Assembly: GCA_934130545.1 (NCBI GenBank)
Contig: CAKOYD010000002.1
Span: forward strand, 194,209 to 258,208
Length of the DNA: 64,000 nt
Reading direction: 5' to 3'
From: an uncultured Bacilli bacterium
Lineage (GTDB): Bacteria; Bacillota_I; Bacilli_A; RF39; UBA660
Below are positions 50,965 to 60,654 of the stretch, one piece after another; position 1 is the stretch's first letter; each line of letters opens with the position of its first letter. Position numbers and translations under genes: made by a program. The notes beneath the pieces were generated by a model that saw only the letters and a list, made by a program, of their open reading frames with translations, did no database searches and had not been told where the DNA came from.

Positions 50965-52085
50965 AATTCACCTTCTATTACTTGATATAATTTATTCATT
51001 GATTCTTCGTTATATTTTTTAGGATTAAACTTCTTTTCTATCTTAAAACCATTATCTAAAAACTCTTTCATTCCATCATATATAGCTTCATCATTATTAA
51101 CAACAACAATCCCATATTTATTATCAATAAGTTCCTTAGCATCTGATACATCAGTAGTAATAAGAGGTACTCCTAATGTCATAGCCTCCCCAAAAGTTGT
51201 GGGAAATCCCTCAAAAGCACTACTCATTACAAAAGCATTAGCATTCTTTATATATGGAAAAGGATTAGCTTTCTTACCATAAAAAACAATATAATCATCT
51301 AACTTCTTTTCTTTAACCATATCTAAAAATAGTTTATGATCAGCACCATCACCAATCATTACCATCTTAAACTTATATCCATCATTTTTTAACTTCTCAC
51401 AAGCATTAATTATCCTTGATAATTTCTTATCAAACTCTGTATGTCTACTAACATTAATAAAAGTAATATCCTTAGTATCATACATATCATCTACTTTAAT
51501 CTTACTATTATTAATTATCCTATCATAATCTATAAAATTATGACATAATACTACTTTATCTTTATCTTCCGGATACAGACCCAAATAAGCTTCCATTGCT
51601 TTAGTAGAAATAAATATATTTCTCTTAAACTTTCTAAACTTACAACGCTTCAAGAAAATATCTACTTTCTCTTCGGCACTCATGTTTCCTTTAACTTGAT
51701 CGCTATTCTCCATAAATTTAATGATATTAGTATGCATATATGCCACGCTATTTTTCGAAGCCAAAAGAGCCACCTTTGAACTAACTACATATCCCGTTCC
51801 ATAACTAATTGCACAATCAAACTTTCGATAATACTTTAACTTAGTATAGATAATCTTAAACATATTAATAGCTTTTCTAAGTAAAGTAAACTTCATTCTA
51901 GATAAACCATAATCTTCAATATGAACTTCTTTATTAACATTAGAAAGTAGTTCCCCCTTCTTATCTTGTAATAAAATAGTAACATCATATTTACTATAAT
52001 CAAAATTATTAACAAGATTTACTAAACAACTCTCTACTCCCCCAATACTTAGATCATATGTTGTAAATAATATCTTTTTCTTCAT
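50961..52085 (-). CDS. GT4-family glycosyltransferase
   Basis: 374 aa. EGFPTTFGEAMTLGVPLITTD is the GT4 E-x7-E region. Confidence 0.75.
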   Translation of the reverse strand: MKKKILFTTYDLSIGGVESCLVNLVNNFDYSKYDVTILLQDKKGELLSNVNKEVHIEDYGLSRMKFTLLRKAINMFKIIYTKLKYYRKFDCAISYGTGYVVSSKVALLASKNSVAYMHTNIIKFMENSDQVKGNMSAEEKVDIFLKRCKFRKFKRNIFISTKAMEAYLGLYPEDKDKVVLCHNFIDYDRIINNSKIKVDDMYDTKDITFINVSRHTEFDKKLSRIINACEKLKNDGYKFKMVMIGDGADHKLFLDMVKEKKLDDYIVFYGKKANPFPYIKNANAFVMSSAFEGFPTTFGEAMTLGVPLITTDVSDAKELIDNKYGIVVVNNDEAIYDGMKEFLDNGFKIEKKFNPKKYNEESMNKLYQVIEGEL

Positions 52086-52088
52086 ATA

Positions 52089-53084
52089 TTACTGCCTCTC
52101 TACTCTTACTATTCTATAAAATAACTTCTTCTTACCCATATTACTAAGTAATAAATTAAAATATAATCTATTCTTTAAAGTTAACTCAGGATAATATTTT
52201 AATATATATTTCTTATATGGTATTAATGAATCAATAAGTTCTAAATATTTAGGTGCATACTTAATCTTTGTCTCTTTTGAACCTGTTTGATTTAAAAACA
52301 ATAAAACATTTCGATACTGAAAGAATACTCTAGCATATATTAATTTGTTATAATCTGGTTTAATTTGACTTAAAACACTCTCTAAAACAATTTTATGATC
52401 TTCAAATACCTTTTCTTTAGTATCAGTCATACTATTTCCCGGCCTATCTACTAAATAATAAGATAAAGCATCTTCAATATACATAACTCTCTTGGCATTG
52501 CATAATGCTAATAAGTATAATAAATAATCTGTGAAACTAACTTTCTTAGGAAACTTTATATTCTTACATATCTCAGTTCTATATAATTTAGAATGTGGAC
52601 TAGGTTGTAAAAAGTAAAACTCATCAGTTATTTCATAAACCGTATTAGGTATACACTTACATCCATCAAACTTAGAATTATCATATACTTCTTCACTATT
52701 ATCATTATAAACTAAATACTTAGAACCCACTACCATATCTAAATTATTAGTAGTAGCCTTCTTATATAATACTTCAATAGCATCTTCTTTTAACCAATCA
52801 TCTGGATCACATATTAAAAAGTATGGTGTAGTTATATTCTTAATAGCATACTCTAGCACCGATCCATAACCACCATTTTCTTTTTTAATACATTTAACTC
52901 TAGAATCCTTTTTAGCATACTCTTTCATAATACTAACACTATTATCTGGACTACCATCACTAATTGTCCATATTTCAATATTTTTAAATGTTTGACTAAC
53001 TAGACTATCTAAACACTTTCTTAAATATTCTTCAACATTATAAATAGGTACAATAATACTTACCTTTGCATTGCTTTTACTCAT
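52089..53084 (-). CDS. GT2-family glycosyltransferase
   Basis: 331 aa. KVSIIVPIYNVEEYLRKCLDSLVSQT…SDGSPDNS…DPDDWL. Confidence 0.8.
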   Translation of the reverse strand: MSKSNAKVSIIVPIYNVEEYLRKCLDSLVSQTFKNIEIWTISDGSPDNSVSIMKEYAKKDSRVKCIKKENGGYGSVLEYAIKNITTPYFLICDPDDWLKEDAIEVLYKKATTNNLDMVVGSKYLVYNDNSEEVYDNSKFDGCKCIPNTVYEITDEFYFLQPSPHSKLYRTEICKNIKFPKKVSFTDYLLYLLALCNAKRVMYIEDALSYYLVDRPGNSMTDTKEKVFEDHKIVLESVLSQIKPDYNKLIYARVFFQYRNVLLFLNQTGSKETKIKYAPKYLELIDSLIPYKKYILKYYPELTLKNRLYFNLLLSNMGKKKLFYRIVRVERQ

Positions 53085-53121
53085 TAAATCTTCCTTCCAA
53101 CTTATAGTATTTCTATAAATA

Positions 53122-53149
53122 ATTATAACATATAAACACTCTTTTACAA
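53122..53149 (-). promoter_or_regulatory. candidate sigma-A promoter for the polysaccharide gene block
   Basis: Minus strand TTGTAA-16 nt-TATAAT. Lies between the uvrC terminator and the first GT2 gene. Confidence 0.4.
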
Positions 53150-53158
53150 GTATTTACC

Positions 53159-53188
53159 AAAAAACTTCTAGAAAATTCTAGAAGTTTT
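53159..53188 (-). terminator. intrinsic terminator after uvrC
   Basis: Perfect palindrome AAAACTTCTAGAA-AA-TTCTAGAAGTTTT overlapping the uvrC stop codon. Confidence 0.7.
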
Positions 53189-54953
53189 ACTCAATACTAT
53201 TTATATATTCTAAAAAAGATTCCGCTACATTCTTAGGCAATATTTCTTCTAATTCTTGGATAGTAGCTTTCTTCATATTGGTTAAAGTCTTATATTTCTT
53301 TAATAATTCTTTTTTTCTCTTCTCTCCAATACCATCAATATTATCTAAAATACTTGTCAAAGCCCCTTTACTTCTAATACTACGATGATAACTAATAACA
53401 TAATTATGTACTTCATCTTGCATTCTTGTAAGAAGTAAAAATAATGGACTTTTCTTATCTATATTAATAGCCTCTATTGGATAATTACCAAGTAAAACAT
53501 TAGTATTATGATTATCATCTTTCTTTAAACCTGCTACTGGAATAAAAAAGTTAAGTTCTTCTAAAACACTTCTTGCTACATTAATTTGCCCTAATCCACC
53601 ATCAACTATTATTAAATCAGGTTTAGGAAGTTTATCTTTCATTACTCTAAAATATCTTCTATAAATAACCTCTCTCATTGTACCATAATCATCATTTTTA
53701 TCATTAGTTATCTTAAACTTACGATATTCATTCTTACAAGGTTTACCATCAATAAATACTACCATACCTGATACATTAAAACTACCAAATAAATTAGAAT
53801 TATCAAATAACTCTATTCTACTTAAATTATCTAAATGTAATAACTCTTTAAGTTCACTAATAGCTTTATTCCTCATCTCATCATCTTGTTTAACTAAAGT
53901 CATCTGTTCATCAAAATACATCTTAGCATTCTCAAAAGCTAAATCTAATATTTTTTTCTTCTTACCCTTAACCGGAATATTTACTCTTAAATCAAAAGCT
54001 TCCTCTAATAACTCTTTATCTAAAATATCCGGTATCAGTACCTCATTAGGTTTAATCTTATGTTTATCATAGAAATTAGATACATAGCTAGTTAACTCTT
54101 CTTCTAAAGTATCAACCATCGGAAAAATGTCTCTCTTTCTATCTAATAATTTTCCCCCTCTAATAAATAATATTTGTACAGATAAATAATTACCATCAGT
54201 ATAATATCCAATAACATCTCTATCTATATTATCATCTAATTCTACTTTCTGTTTCTCTAAAGTAATATTAATATAATCTAACATATTCTTATACTCAATA
54301 GCCTTCTCAAACATTAACTTATCAGCATAATTATCCATACACTTCTTTATCTTAGCAGTTACTATCTCATGATTACCATTTAAAAAAGATATAATTTCAT
54401 TCCTCATATTATTAATTACTTTTTTATCAATATTATGAGTACAATAACCAAGACACTCCCCTATATGATAATATAAGCATTCTTTCTTTGAATAAGTTTT
54501 ACACTTTCTAAGAGGATATATTCTATTTATAATATCTACTGTCTCTCTAGCTGCTGTCACATTAGGATAAGGTCCAAATAATTTATGACTTCTATTCTTC
54601 TTAATATTAGCATTTCTTACTACTACTAATCTAGGTACACTCTCATTAGTAAGTTCAATATATGGATATGATTTATCATCTCTAAGTAAAATATTATATT
54701 TAGGATTATATTTCTTTATTAAATTAATCTCTAATAATAAAGCCTCTAAATTAGAAGAAGTTAATATATATTCAAACTTAGCTATATCTCTTACTAACAT
54801 AGCTGTCTTTCCTGTATGACTAGATCTAAAATAAGAAGATAATCTATTCTTTAAGTTCTTCGATTTACCAACATAAATAACATTCCCATCACTATTCTTC
54901 ATTAAATAGCATCCTGGATGATGTGGTACTAAAGCTAATTCTTCTTTAAACAT
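53187..54953 (-). CDS. uvrC: excinuclease ABC subunit C
   Basis: 588 aa. N-terminal GIY-YIG (HPGCYLMKNSDGNVIYVGKSKNLKNRLSSYF), UvrBC interaction region, C-terminal RNase H-like and HhH. Confidence 0.95.
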   Translation of the reverse strand: MFKEELALVPHHPGCYLMKNSDGNVIYVGKSKNLKNRLSSYFRSSHTGKTAMLVRDIAKFEYILTSSNLEALLLEINLIKKYNPKYNILLRDDKSYPYIELTNESVPRLVVVRNANIKKNRSHKLFGPYPNVTAARETVDIINRIYPLRKCKTYSKKECLYYHIGECLGYCTHNIDKKVINNMRNEIISFLNGNHEIVTAKIKKCMDNYADKLMFEKAIEYKNMLDYINITLEKQKVELDDNIDRDVIGYYTDGNYLSVQILFIRGGKLLDRKRDIFPMVDTLEEELTSYVSNFYDKHKIKPNEVLIPDILDKELLEEAFDLRVNIPVKGKKKKILDLAFENAKMYFDEQMTLVKQDDEMRNKAISELKELLHLDNLSRIELFDNSNLFGSFNVSGMVVFIDGKPCKNEYRKFKITNDKNDDYGTMREVIYRRYFRVMKDKLPKPDLIIVDGGLGQINVARSVLEELNFFIPVAGLKKDDNHNTNVLLGNYPIEAINIDKKSPLFLLLTRMQDEVHNYVISYHRSIRSKGALTSILDNIDGIGEKRKKELLKKYKTLTNMKKATIQELEEILPKNVAESFLEYINSIE

Positions 54954-55039
54954 AATACCCCTCCCTTAAATTACTATACATATTATATAAGATAATTGCC
55001 ATAAAGTAAATATCATGGTACAATTACTTTGGTGAGTTT

Positions 55040-55621
55040 ATGAATACTATAAAAGAAACTATTGAAAACACTTTAATTATTAAAAATTCTAGATTTATAA
55101 CTATTATCTATAACATTAACGATATCAATGATATTGATAAATATTTAAAACAAGTTAAAGATAAATATAAAGATGCTACCCATTATTGTTATGCCTATAT
55201 ATTACCCAATAATATTAAATGTAGTGATGATGGTGAACCAGGTGGTACTGCCGGTAAACCAATATTAGATGTCTTAACTAAACATAATCTAAACTTTGTT
55301 CTAGCAATTGTTGTTAGATATTTTGGTGGTATAAAATTAGGAGCTGGTGGTCTTATTCGTGCTTATTCTAAATGTATATCTACTTGTTTAAATAATACTA
55401 AGTTAACTAAACTAATTCTTGGTAAAAACATCGATATCTATTTTACTTATAAAGATATTAATGATATTGACTTATTACTAACTAACTGTCATATCAATAA
55501 TAAAAATTATCAAGATATGATTAGTTATAATGTAAATATTCCTAATGATTTATTACCAATTCTTGAAAATAAATACCAAGTTAAAGTAAATAATGATATC
55601 TATATAAAAAGTGATATGTAA
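55040..55621 (+). CDS. yigZ: IMPACT/YigZ family protein
   Basis: 193 aa, UPF0029 N-terminal domain (…SRFITIIYNI…DDGEPGGTAGKPIL…). Confidence 0.75.
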   Translation: MNTIKETIENTLIIKNSRFITIIYNINDINDIDKYLKQVKDKYKDATHYCYAYILPNNIKCSDDGEPGGTAGKPILDVLTKHNLNFVLAIVVRYFGGIKLGAGGLIRAYSKCISTCLNNTKLTKLILGKNIDIYFTYKDINDIDLLLTNCHINNKNYQDMISYNVNIPNDLLPILENKYQVKVNNDIYIKSDM

Positions 55622-55633
55622 TTACACATACCA

Positions 55634-57289
55634 CTATTTTTTATAACAATAACTATCATTTAATTTAGTATAATCACTTGGACAAGTATAAGTATTAACT
55701 GTTGTACCAGATGTATATATTTTACACGACTTATTTACTAATGACCCACTTGTACAATAATAATCAGTAATCGTTGTACAATTATTACTATAAAATGTAT
55801 AACCACTTGAACAAGAAAGTGTAGAATTTTCTTTACCTGCACAATTATTTTCTTCCACAGCATTAGAAGTTTTACTCTTACAAACATAAGTCCCAGTATA
55901 ATGCTTCTTTGTATTAGCACTAGAATAATAATAACAACCACCGGAATCACTGCTATAGTTTCCACAATCTTCATAACTACCCTTTGTAGTTTCAATTATT
56001 GTTGCACTACAACTATTAGTATTACCAGCAGTATCCTTAACATAATATGTATGAGTACCAATACCTATATTTCTACTAGTACTACTATCACCACTATAAG
56101 ATGAATTCCAACCATTATACATTATTTGACTCATATTATCACTAGATATTGCTGTAATCGTACTAGTATTAACATTTAATGTACAACTAGGAACAGTTCG
56201 ATCAATATAAATATTAACTTCTATCTTACTACTATTACCAGCTTCATCTATTGCTTCAATAATAGCCTTTCGATTACCATTTCCGGATAATGTCTTAGAA
56301 CAAGCATTATTACAATTAGCCCCACTATTACTAGGAGTATCCCCATTAACACTACCTTCACTATTATAAGTCCATTTAATCACTGCATTTTTATCCGTAC
56401 TAATATCAAACCAATACCCATAATTTTTCCATTCATTAACTACATAATTACTACTAGTATTAGTAATAAACTCTCCCTTACTCTTAGGAGTATTTCCTTC
56501 ATAACTACCTATCTTATAAATACTAAGACTAATTACAGGTGGATTACTGTCAAATATTGCATCAATGTTTTTAGTTGCTTCTGCTACATTCGCTCCACTA
56601 TAATTAATAAAAGCTGATACTACACCATTAGATTTAACACTTAATCTAACTACTTCACTATTTGCTAAATACCAATGACCTGACTCCAAATTATTAACAG
56701 TATTGTTACTACAACTACCTATACTATCACAAGCATATACTATATCATTAGTAGTAACAGTATTTTCACTAAATCCAGATATATAAAAGTATCTATAATA
56801 ATCACTACCTAAAGTATTATATAATATCTTAGCATTCGTCATATTAACATTTTTACCCTTATTATCTGTAGAAATTGATATACTAGATTGATATCCACAA
56901 TCAACATCAGGTAAAATACTATCTTCAAAAGAAAAACTAGTCTCTTTAATAACTTTACTATCTTTATCTCTAATTACTTTTATCATTGTACCCTTAGAAA
57001 ACTTATCATTCTCATCAATAACTTTTTCATCAAAATACCCAATCTCTATCATATTACCTAATGATATACAACTATATTCATAATTATCTTTAACATTCCA
57101 ATAACTAGATACTTCATCATTATATACTATAGCGGCACTCTTAATATTATTATAAGTAATTAACTTAGCATTATCTTTTGCCTTATTAATGTTTTTCATT
57201 ACTATATATACTGTAACACTTAAAACTACTCCAAGTATAACTACTGTACTTAATAATTCAACTAAAGTAAATCCATTCTTCTTTTTCAT
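55634..57289 (-). CDS. type-IV-pilin-like (prepilin N-methylation signal) protein with a ~500-aa C-terminal extension ending in the shared Cys-rich module
   Basis: 551 aa. N-terminus MKKKNGFTLVELLSTVVILGVVLSV is a class-III (prepilin peptidase) signal with Glu+5. The C-terminal ~200 aa are co-linear with the giant protein's C-terminus (…YYVKDTAGNTNSC…GSYEDCG…DSGGCYYY…SGSLVNKSCKIYTSGTTVNTYTCPSDYTKLNDSYC). Confidence 0.75.
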   Translation of the reverse strand: MKKKNGFTLVELLSTVVILGVVLSVTVYIVMKNINKAKDNAKLITYNNIKSAAIVYNDEVSSYWNVKDNYEYSCISLGNMIEIGYFDEKVIDENDKFSKGTMIKVIRDKDSKVIKETSFSFEDSILPDVDCGYQSSISISTDNKGKNVNMTNAKILYNTLGSDYYRYFYISGFSENTVTTNDIVYACDSIGSCSNNTVNNLESGHWYLANSEVVRLSVKSNGVVSAFINYSGANVAEATKNIDAIFDSNPPVISLSIYKIGSYEGNTPKSKGEFITNTSSNYVVNEWKNYGYWFDISTDKNAVIKWTYNSEGSVNGDTPSNSGANCNNACSKTLSGNGNRKAIIEAIDEAGNSSKIEVNIYIDRTVPSCTLNVNTSTITAISSDNMSQIMYNGWNSSYSGDSSTSRNIGIGTHTYYVKDTAGNTNSCSATIIETTKGSYEDCGNYSSDSGGCYYYSSANTKKHYTGTYVCKSKTSNAVEENNCAGKENSTLSCSSGYTFYSNNCTTITDYYCTSGSLVNKSCKIYTSGTTVNTYTCPSDYTKLNDSYCYKK

Positions 57290-57347
57290 ACTAAACCTAC
57301 TTTCTATCTAACATAATTATAAAATAAAAACTAAGTATTATCATGTA

Positions 57348-58028
57348 TTAATTAATCTTTCCATCTTCATAAAAACTATAATAACTATTGTTCCCAATTA
57401 TTAAGTGATCTACCAATTTAATAGAATGTATTACCCCTATCTCATAAATATTTCTAGTAATCATTATATCTTCTTTACTAGGAGTAGGATCTCCTGAAGG
57501 ATGATTATGAATACATATAATTGCGGACGCTGATAACAAATAAGCTTCTTTAAATATCTCTCTTGGATGAGCAATAGACTTATTAATACTACCTACAAAT
57601 AATTTCTTTTTACCTAAGCACTTCTTCTTATTATCTAAATAAAGACAATAAAACTCTTCTTGATAAGAATCTCTAAATAGATAATTAAAATACTTAATAA
57701 TCTTATCTGGACTATTACATACTAATAAATCTTTATCTAACACTTCTTGATATATTCTTCTTCCAAGTTCAATAATTGCCTTTAATTCAATAGCTTTAAC
57801 TTTACCAATTCCCTCTACTTGTTCTAAAGTATTTATCCCAATATCTTTTAAATTACTAACATCTCCTATAACACTAAGTAAATTATAAGATACTTCCTTA
57901 ACATTATATTTCTTCGTACCAGTCTTTAATATTATTGATAATAATTCTTCATTAGATAAACTCTTCTCTCCATACATAAGTAATCTCTCCCTAGGTAATT
58001 CTATCTTAGGAATATTCTTTAACTTCAT
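57348..58028 (-). CDS. radC: RadC-like JAMM-family protein
   Basis: C-terminal HNHPSGDPTPSKED JAMM motif and N-terminal HhH. Probable start at 58028 with a GGGGGTG RBS; the ORF track extends to 58076. Confidence 0.85.
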   Translation of the reverse strand: MKLKNIPKIELPRERLLMYGEKSLSNEELLSIILKTGTKKYNVKEVSYNLLSVIGDVSNLKDIGINTLEQVEGIGKVKAIELKAIIELGRRIYQEVLDKDLLVCNSPDKIIKYFNYLFRDSYQEEFYCLYLDNKKKCLGKKKLFVGSINKSIAHPREIFKEAYLLSASAIICIHNHPSGDPTPSKEDIMITRNIYEIGVIHSIKLVDHLIIGNNSYYSFYEDGKIN

Positions 58029-58126
58029 ATAACACCCCCTATTAATAGTAATATATAAAATATCCTTTTTCAACAAAATTAACTAAAAAAAGATATAGAC
58101 TTTTAAATCTATATCTCACACTTACA

Positions 58127-58561
58127 TTATCCTTCAATTTGAATATATTTCTTTTCAGGTAACTCTTTCTTTTCTTCTTTCTTAGGAATAACTAATTTCA
58201 AAGTACCATTCTTATATGTTGCTTTAATTTCTTCATCAGTAATATTATTACCTACATAGAAACTTCTAGAACATTCACCATAGTATCTTTCTTTTCTAAC
58301 AAACTTACCTTCCTCTTTATCTTCTTTTTCAGTATTAGTTTTAGCATGTATATTTAAATATCCATCCTCAACACTAATTTTTATATCATTTTTATCATAA
58401 CCAGGTAAATCAACCGCTAATAAATATTCATTATTCTTCTCTTTAATATCAGTTTTCATTACCTTACTTCCTTCTTCAGAAAAGAATGGGTCAATTCTAA
58501 ACATATCCTCTAATAAATCAAATTCATTTCTTCTTCTAGGTATCATCATCATATTAATCAT
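58127..58561 (-). CDS. hsp20: Hsp20/alpha-crystallin family small heat-shock protein
   Basis: 144 aa alpha-crystallin domain (…YLLAVDLPGYDKNDIKISVEDGYLNIHAK…GTLKLVIPK). CIRCE element upstream. Confidence 0.9.
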   Translation of the reverse strand: MINMMMIPRRRNEFDLLEDMFRIDPFFSEEGSKVMKTDIKEKNNEYLLAVDLPGYDKNDIKISVEDGYLNIHAKTNTEKEDKEEGKFVRKERYYGECSRSFYVGNNITDEEIKATYKNGTLKLVIPKKEEKKELPEKKYIQIEG

Positions 58562-58639
58562 CTTCCTTTCATTTTATGTGTTGACACCACATGTAAGAGA
58601 CTTTTCTATCTCATTACAATTATAATTATATCACTTATT

Positions 58640-58666
58640 TTAGCAATGTCAATAGTTAATTGCTAA
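58640..58666. promoter_or_regulatory. CIRCE operator overlapping a sigma-A promoter upstream of hsp20
   Basis: TTAGCAATG-N9-AATTGCTAA on the plus strand. On the minus strand TTGACA (within CIRCE)-16 nt-TATAAT. Same IR half-sites as the hrcA CIRCE copies. Confidence 0.75.
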
Positions 58667-58689
58667 ATTATTTAAAATATTTTAAAATC

Positions 58690-58711
58690 GTGAGTAGAAT
58701 TATCTACTCAC
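58690..58711 (-). terminator. intrinsic terminator after the ytr-like ABC operon
   Basis: Perfect 9-bp hairpin GTGAGTAGA-ATTA-TCTACTCAC followed on the minus strand by GAUUUUAAAAUAUUUU. Confidence 0.65.
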
Positions 58712-58720
58712 AATTAAATG

Positions 58721-59509
58721 CTAGTCTATATTAATACCCTTCTCTAACTGCCATTTACCTATAAAATAATAAATAATATTATATATAATATACATAACTA
58801 TACCACCAACTAATATATTTTTAATACCTTTAATACTAACTATATTAGTAGTTATAATATTCATAATATCTTTATTAAATAATCCTATAATATATATTAG
58901 CCCTATAGTAATTAATTGAGTAAATATATACATACCAAATGCCCATATAATAGATTTAACTATTTTATTATTATTAGAACTATGTCCTATAATAATACCA
59001 GTGTATCCTACTAGAAGAATAAATGTTAACTCTAAGAAGAATATCATACCAATAGTTAATATTAATTTTATAACACTAATATTATAACTATTAGCAGTCA
59101 TTTCTAATACTTTTTTTAATATATCTATATTTTCTTTAGAATAATAACATATAAATAAACAAGTAATAATTACTATTGTTGTTGTTAACATTATTATAAT
59201 AGAAGACAATACTTTAGATAAATAAATATCTCTTTTAGATACCGGTAAAGTATTAGTTAAATAACCTTCATCTTTATATATATTTCTAACAAATCTTACC
59301 CAAGAACGCATTAAAGTATTAATAATTGAACTAACTAACATACTAACAGCTATTCCACTACTAATCTTAGATAAAATACTCCATAATAAAGAATCTCCTA
59401 TACTAAGAAACATTCTTGAAAATAAAGAAAATATAAATGCTAAAGCATAAAAAACAATAACTAATTTATATATCCATTTTAAATCATATTTTAATAACTT
59501 CCCTAACAT
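58721..59509 (-). CDS. ABC-2-type transporter permease (YtrC/D-like)
   Basis: 262 aa with 6 predicted TM helices. Overlaps the upstream ATPase gene by 7 nt. Confidence 0.6.
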   Translation of the reverse strand: MLGKLLKYDLKWIYKLVIVFYALAFIFSLFSRMFLSIGDSLLWSILSKISSGIAVSMLVSSIINTLMRSWVRFVRNIYKDEGYLTNTLPVSKRDIYLSKVLSSIIIMLTTTIVIITCLFICYYSKENIDILKKVLEMTANSYNISVIKLILTIGMIFFLELTFILLVGYTGIIIGHSSNNNKIVKSIIWAFGMYIFTQLITIGLIYIIGLFNKDIMNIITTNIVSIKGIKNILVGGIVMYIIYNIIYYFIGKWQLEKGINID

Positions 59510-60198
59510 TTAAAAGACCTCCTAAAAATATCATCTATACTAGCTTTCTCTTTCTTACGAATAGTATCAGCATCCCCTGTTAAAATAATTTTACCTTTAT
59601 CTATAAATATTACTTCATCTAATATTCTTTCTATATCTGCTATTAAATGTGTAGAAATGATAACACTAGCTCCATCTTTAAAATTAGAAAGTATTGTATC
59701 TAAAATATAATCTCTTGTTGCGGGATCTACTCCTCCTAAAGGCTCATCTAAAATATATAAATCTGCTTCTCTAGACATAACTAATATTAATTCTACTTTC
59801 TCTTGCATACCTTTAGACATCTTAGCTAAACATAAGTTCTTATCTAATTCTAAATCATCAAGCAATTTCAAAGCCTTCTCTTCATTAAAATTATCATAGA
59901 ACTCTTTAAAATATCTAATAATATCACTAACTTTCATACTCTTATCAAAATAAGTTCTTTCAGGTAAATAAGATATTATCTTCTTACTTTCTATCGAAGG
60001 CTTCTTTCCATTAATTAATACTTCTCCACTAGTAGGAGTCAATAAATCATTTATAAGTTTAATAAGTGTTGTCTTGCCTTGTCCATTCTTACCTAATAAA
60101 CCAACTATCTTTCCACGTTCTATCATAATATTAACATTATCAAGTATTACTCTATTATCAAAACTCTTACATAAATCTTTACACTCTAATAATTCCAT
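59503..60198 (-). CDS. ABC transporter ATP-binding protein
   Basis: 231 aa. Walker A GKNGQGKTT, signature MSKGMQEKV (LSGGQ-like), Walker B LYILDEP. Confidence 0.9.
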   Translation of the reverse strand: MELLECKDLCKSFDNRVILDNVNIMIERGKIVGLLGKNGQGKTTLIKLINDLLTPTSGEVLINGKKPSIESKKIISYLPERTYFDKSMKVSDIIRYFKEFYDNFNEEKALKLLDDLELDKNLCLAKMSKGMQEKVELILVMSREADLYILDEPLGGVDPATRDYILDTILSNFKDGASVIISTHLIADIERILDEVIFIDKGKIILTGDADTIRKKEKASIDDIFRRSFKC

Positions 60199-60199
60199 T

Positions 60200-60559
60200 C
60201 TATCTCTCCTTCTCTAAATATTTAATTATCTCTTCTGAACTTATTCCTATATTATTCATATCTACCATAAAATCATTAACTAATTCTAAAGCTAAATTAT
60301 CTTTAACTTTCTTAATTAATTCTGTATCTTCTGTTATATATTTACCATTAGTTCTCTCCGTATATATTAACCCATCTTTTTCTAACTCCATTAAAGCCTT
60401 TTGCATTGTATTAGGATTTACTTTAAAACTATTAGCATACTCTCTAACTGAGGGTATTCTCTCCCCACTCTTTAATCTACCCGACACTATTTCTCTTTCA
60501 ATAAGTTTAATTAATTGGATATAAATAGGTCTTTCATTATCAAAATAATATTCCATCAC
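60200..60559 (-). CDS. GntR/YtrA-family transcriptional regulator
   Basis: 119 aa. winged-HTH ERIPSVREYANSFKVNPNTMQKALMELEKDGLIYTERTNGKYI. First gene of the GntR-ABC operon, a YtrA-like arrangement. Confidence 0.8.
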   Translation of the reverse strand: MMEYYFDNERPIYIQLIKLIEREIVSGRLKSGERIPSVREYANSFKVNPNTMQKALMELEKDGLIYTERTNGKYITEDTELIKKVKDNLALELVNDFMVDMNNIGISSEEIIKYLEKER

Positions 60560-60654
60560 ATCACCACTGTATTACTTATCTAATACAATAATACTATTAT
60601 TCAAAAATAAAGTCAATAAAAAAAGACTACTTCATCTCGAAATAGTCTAAATAT

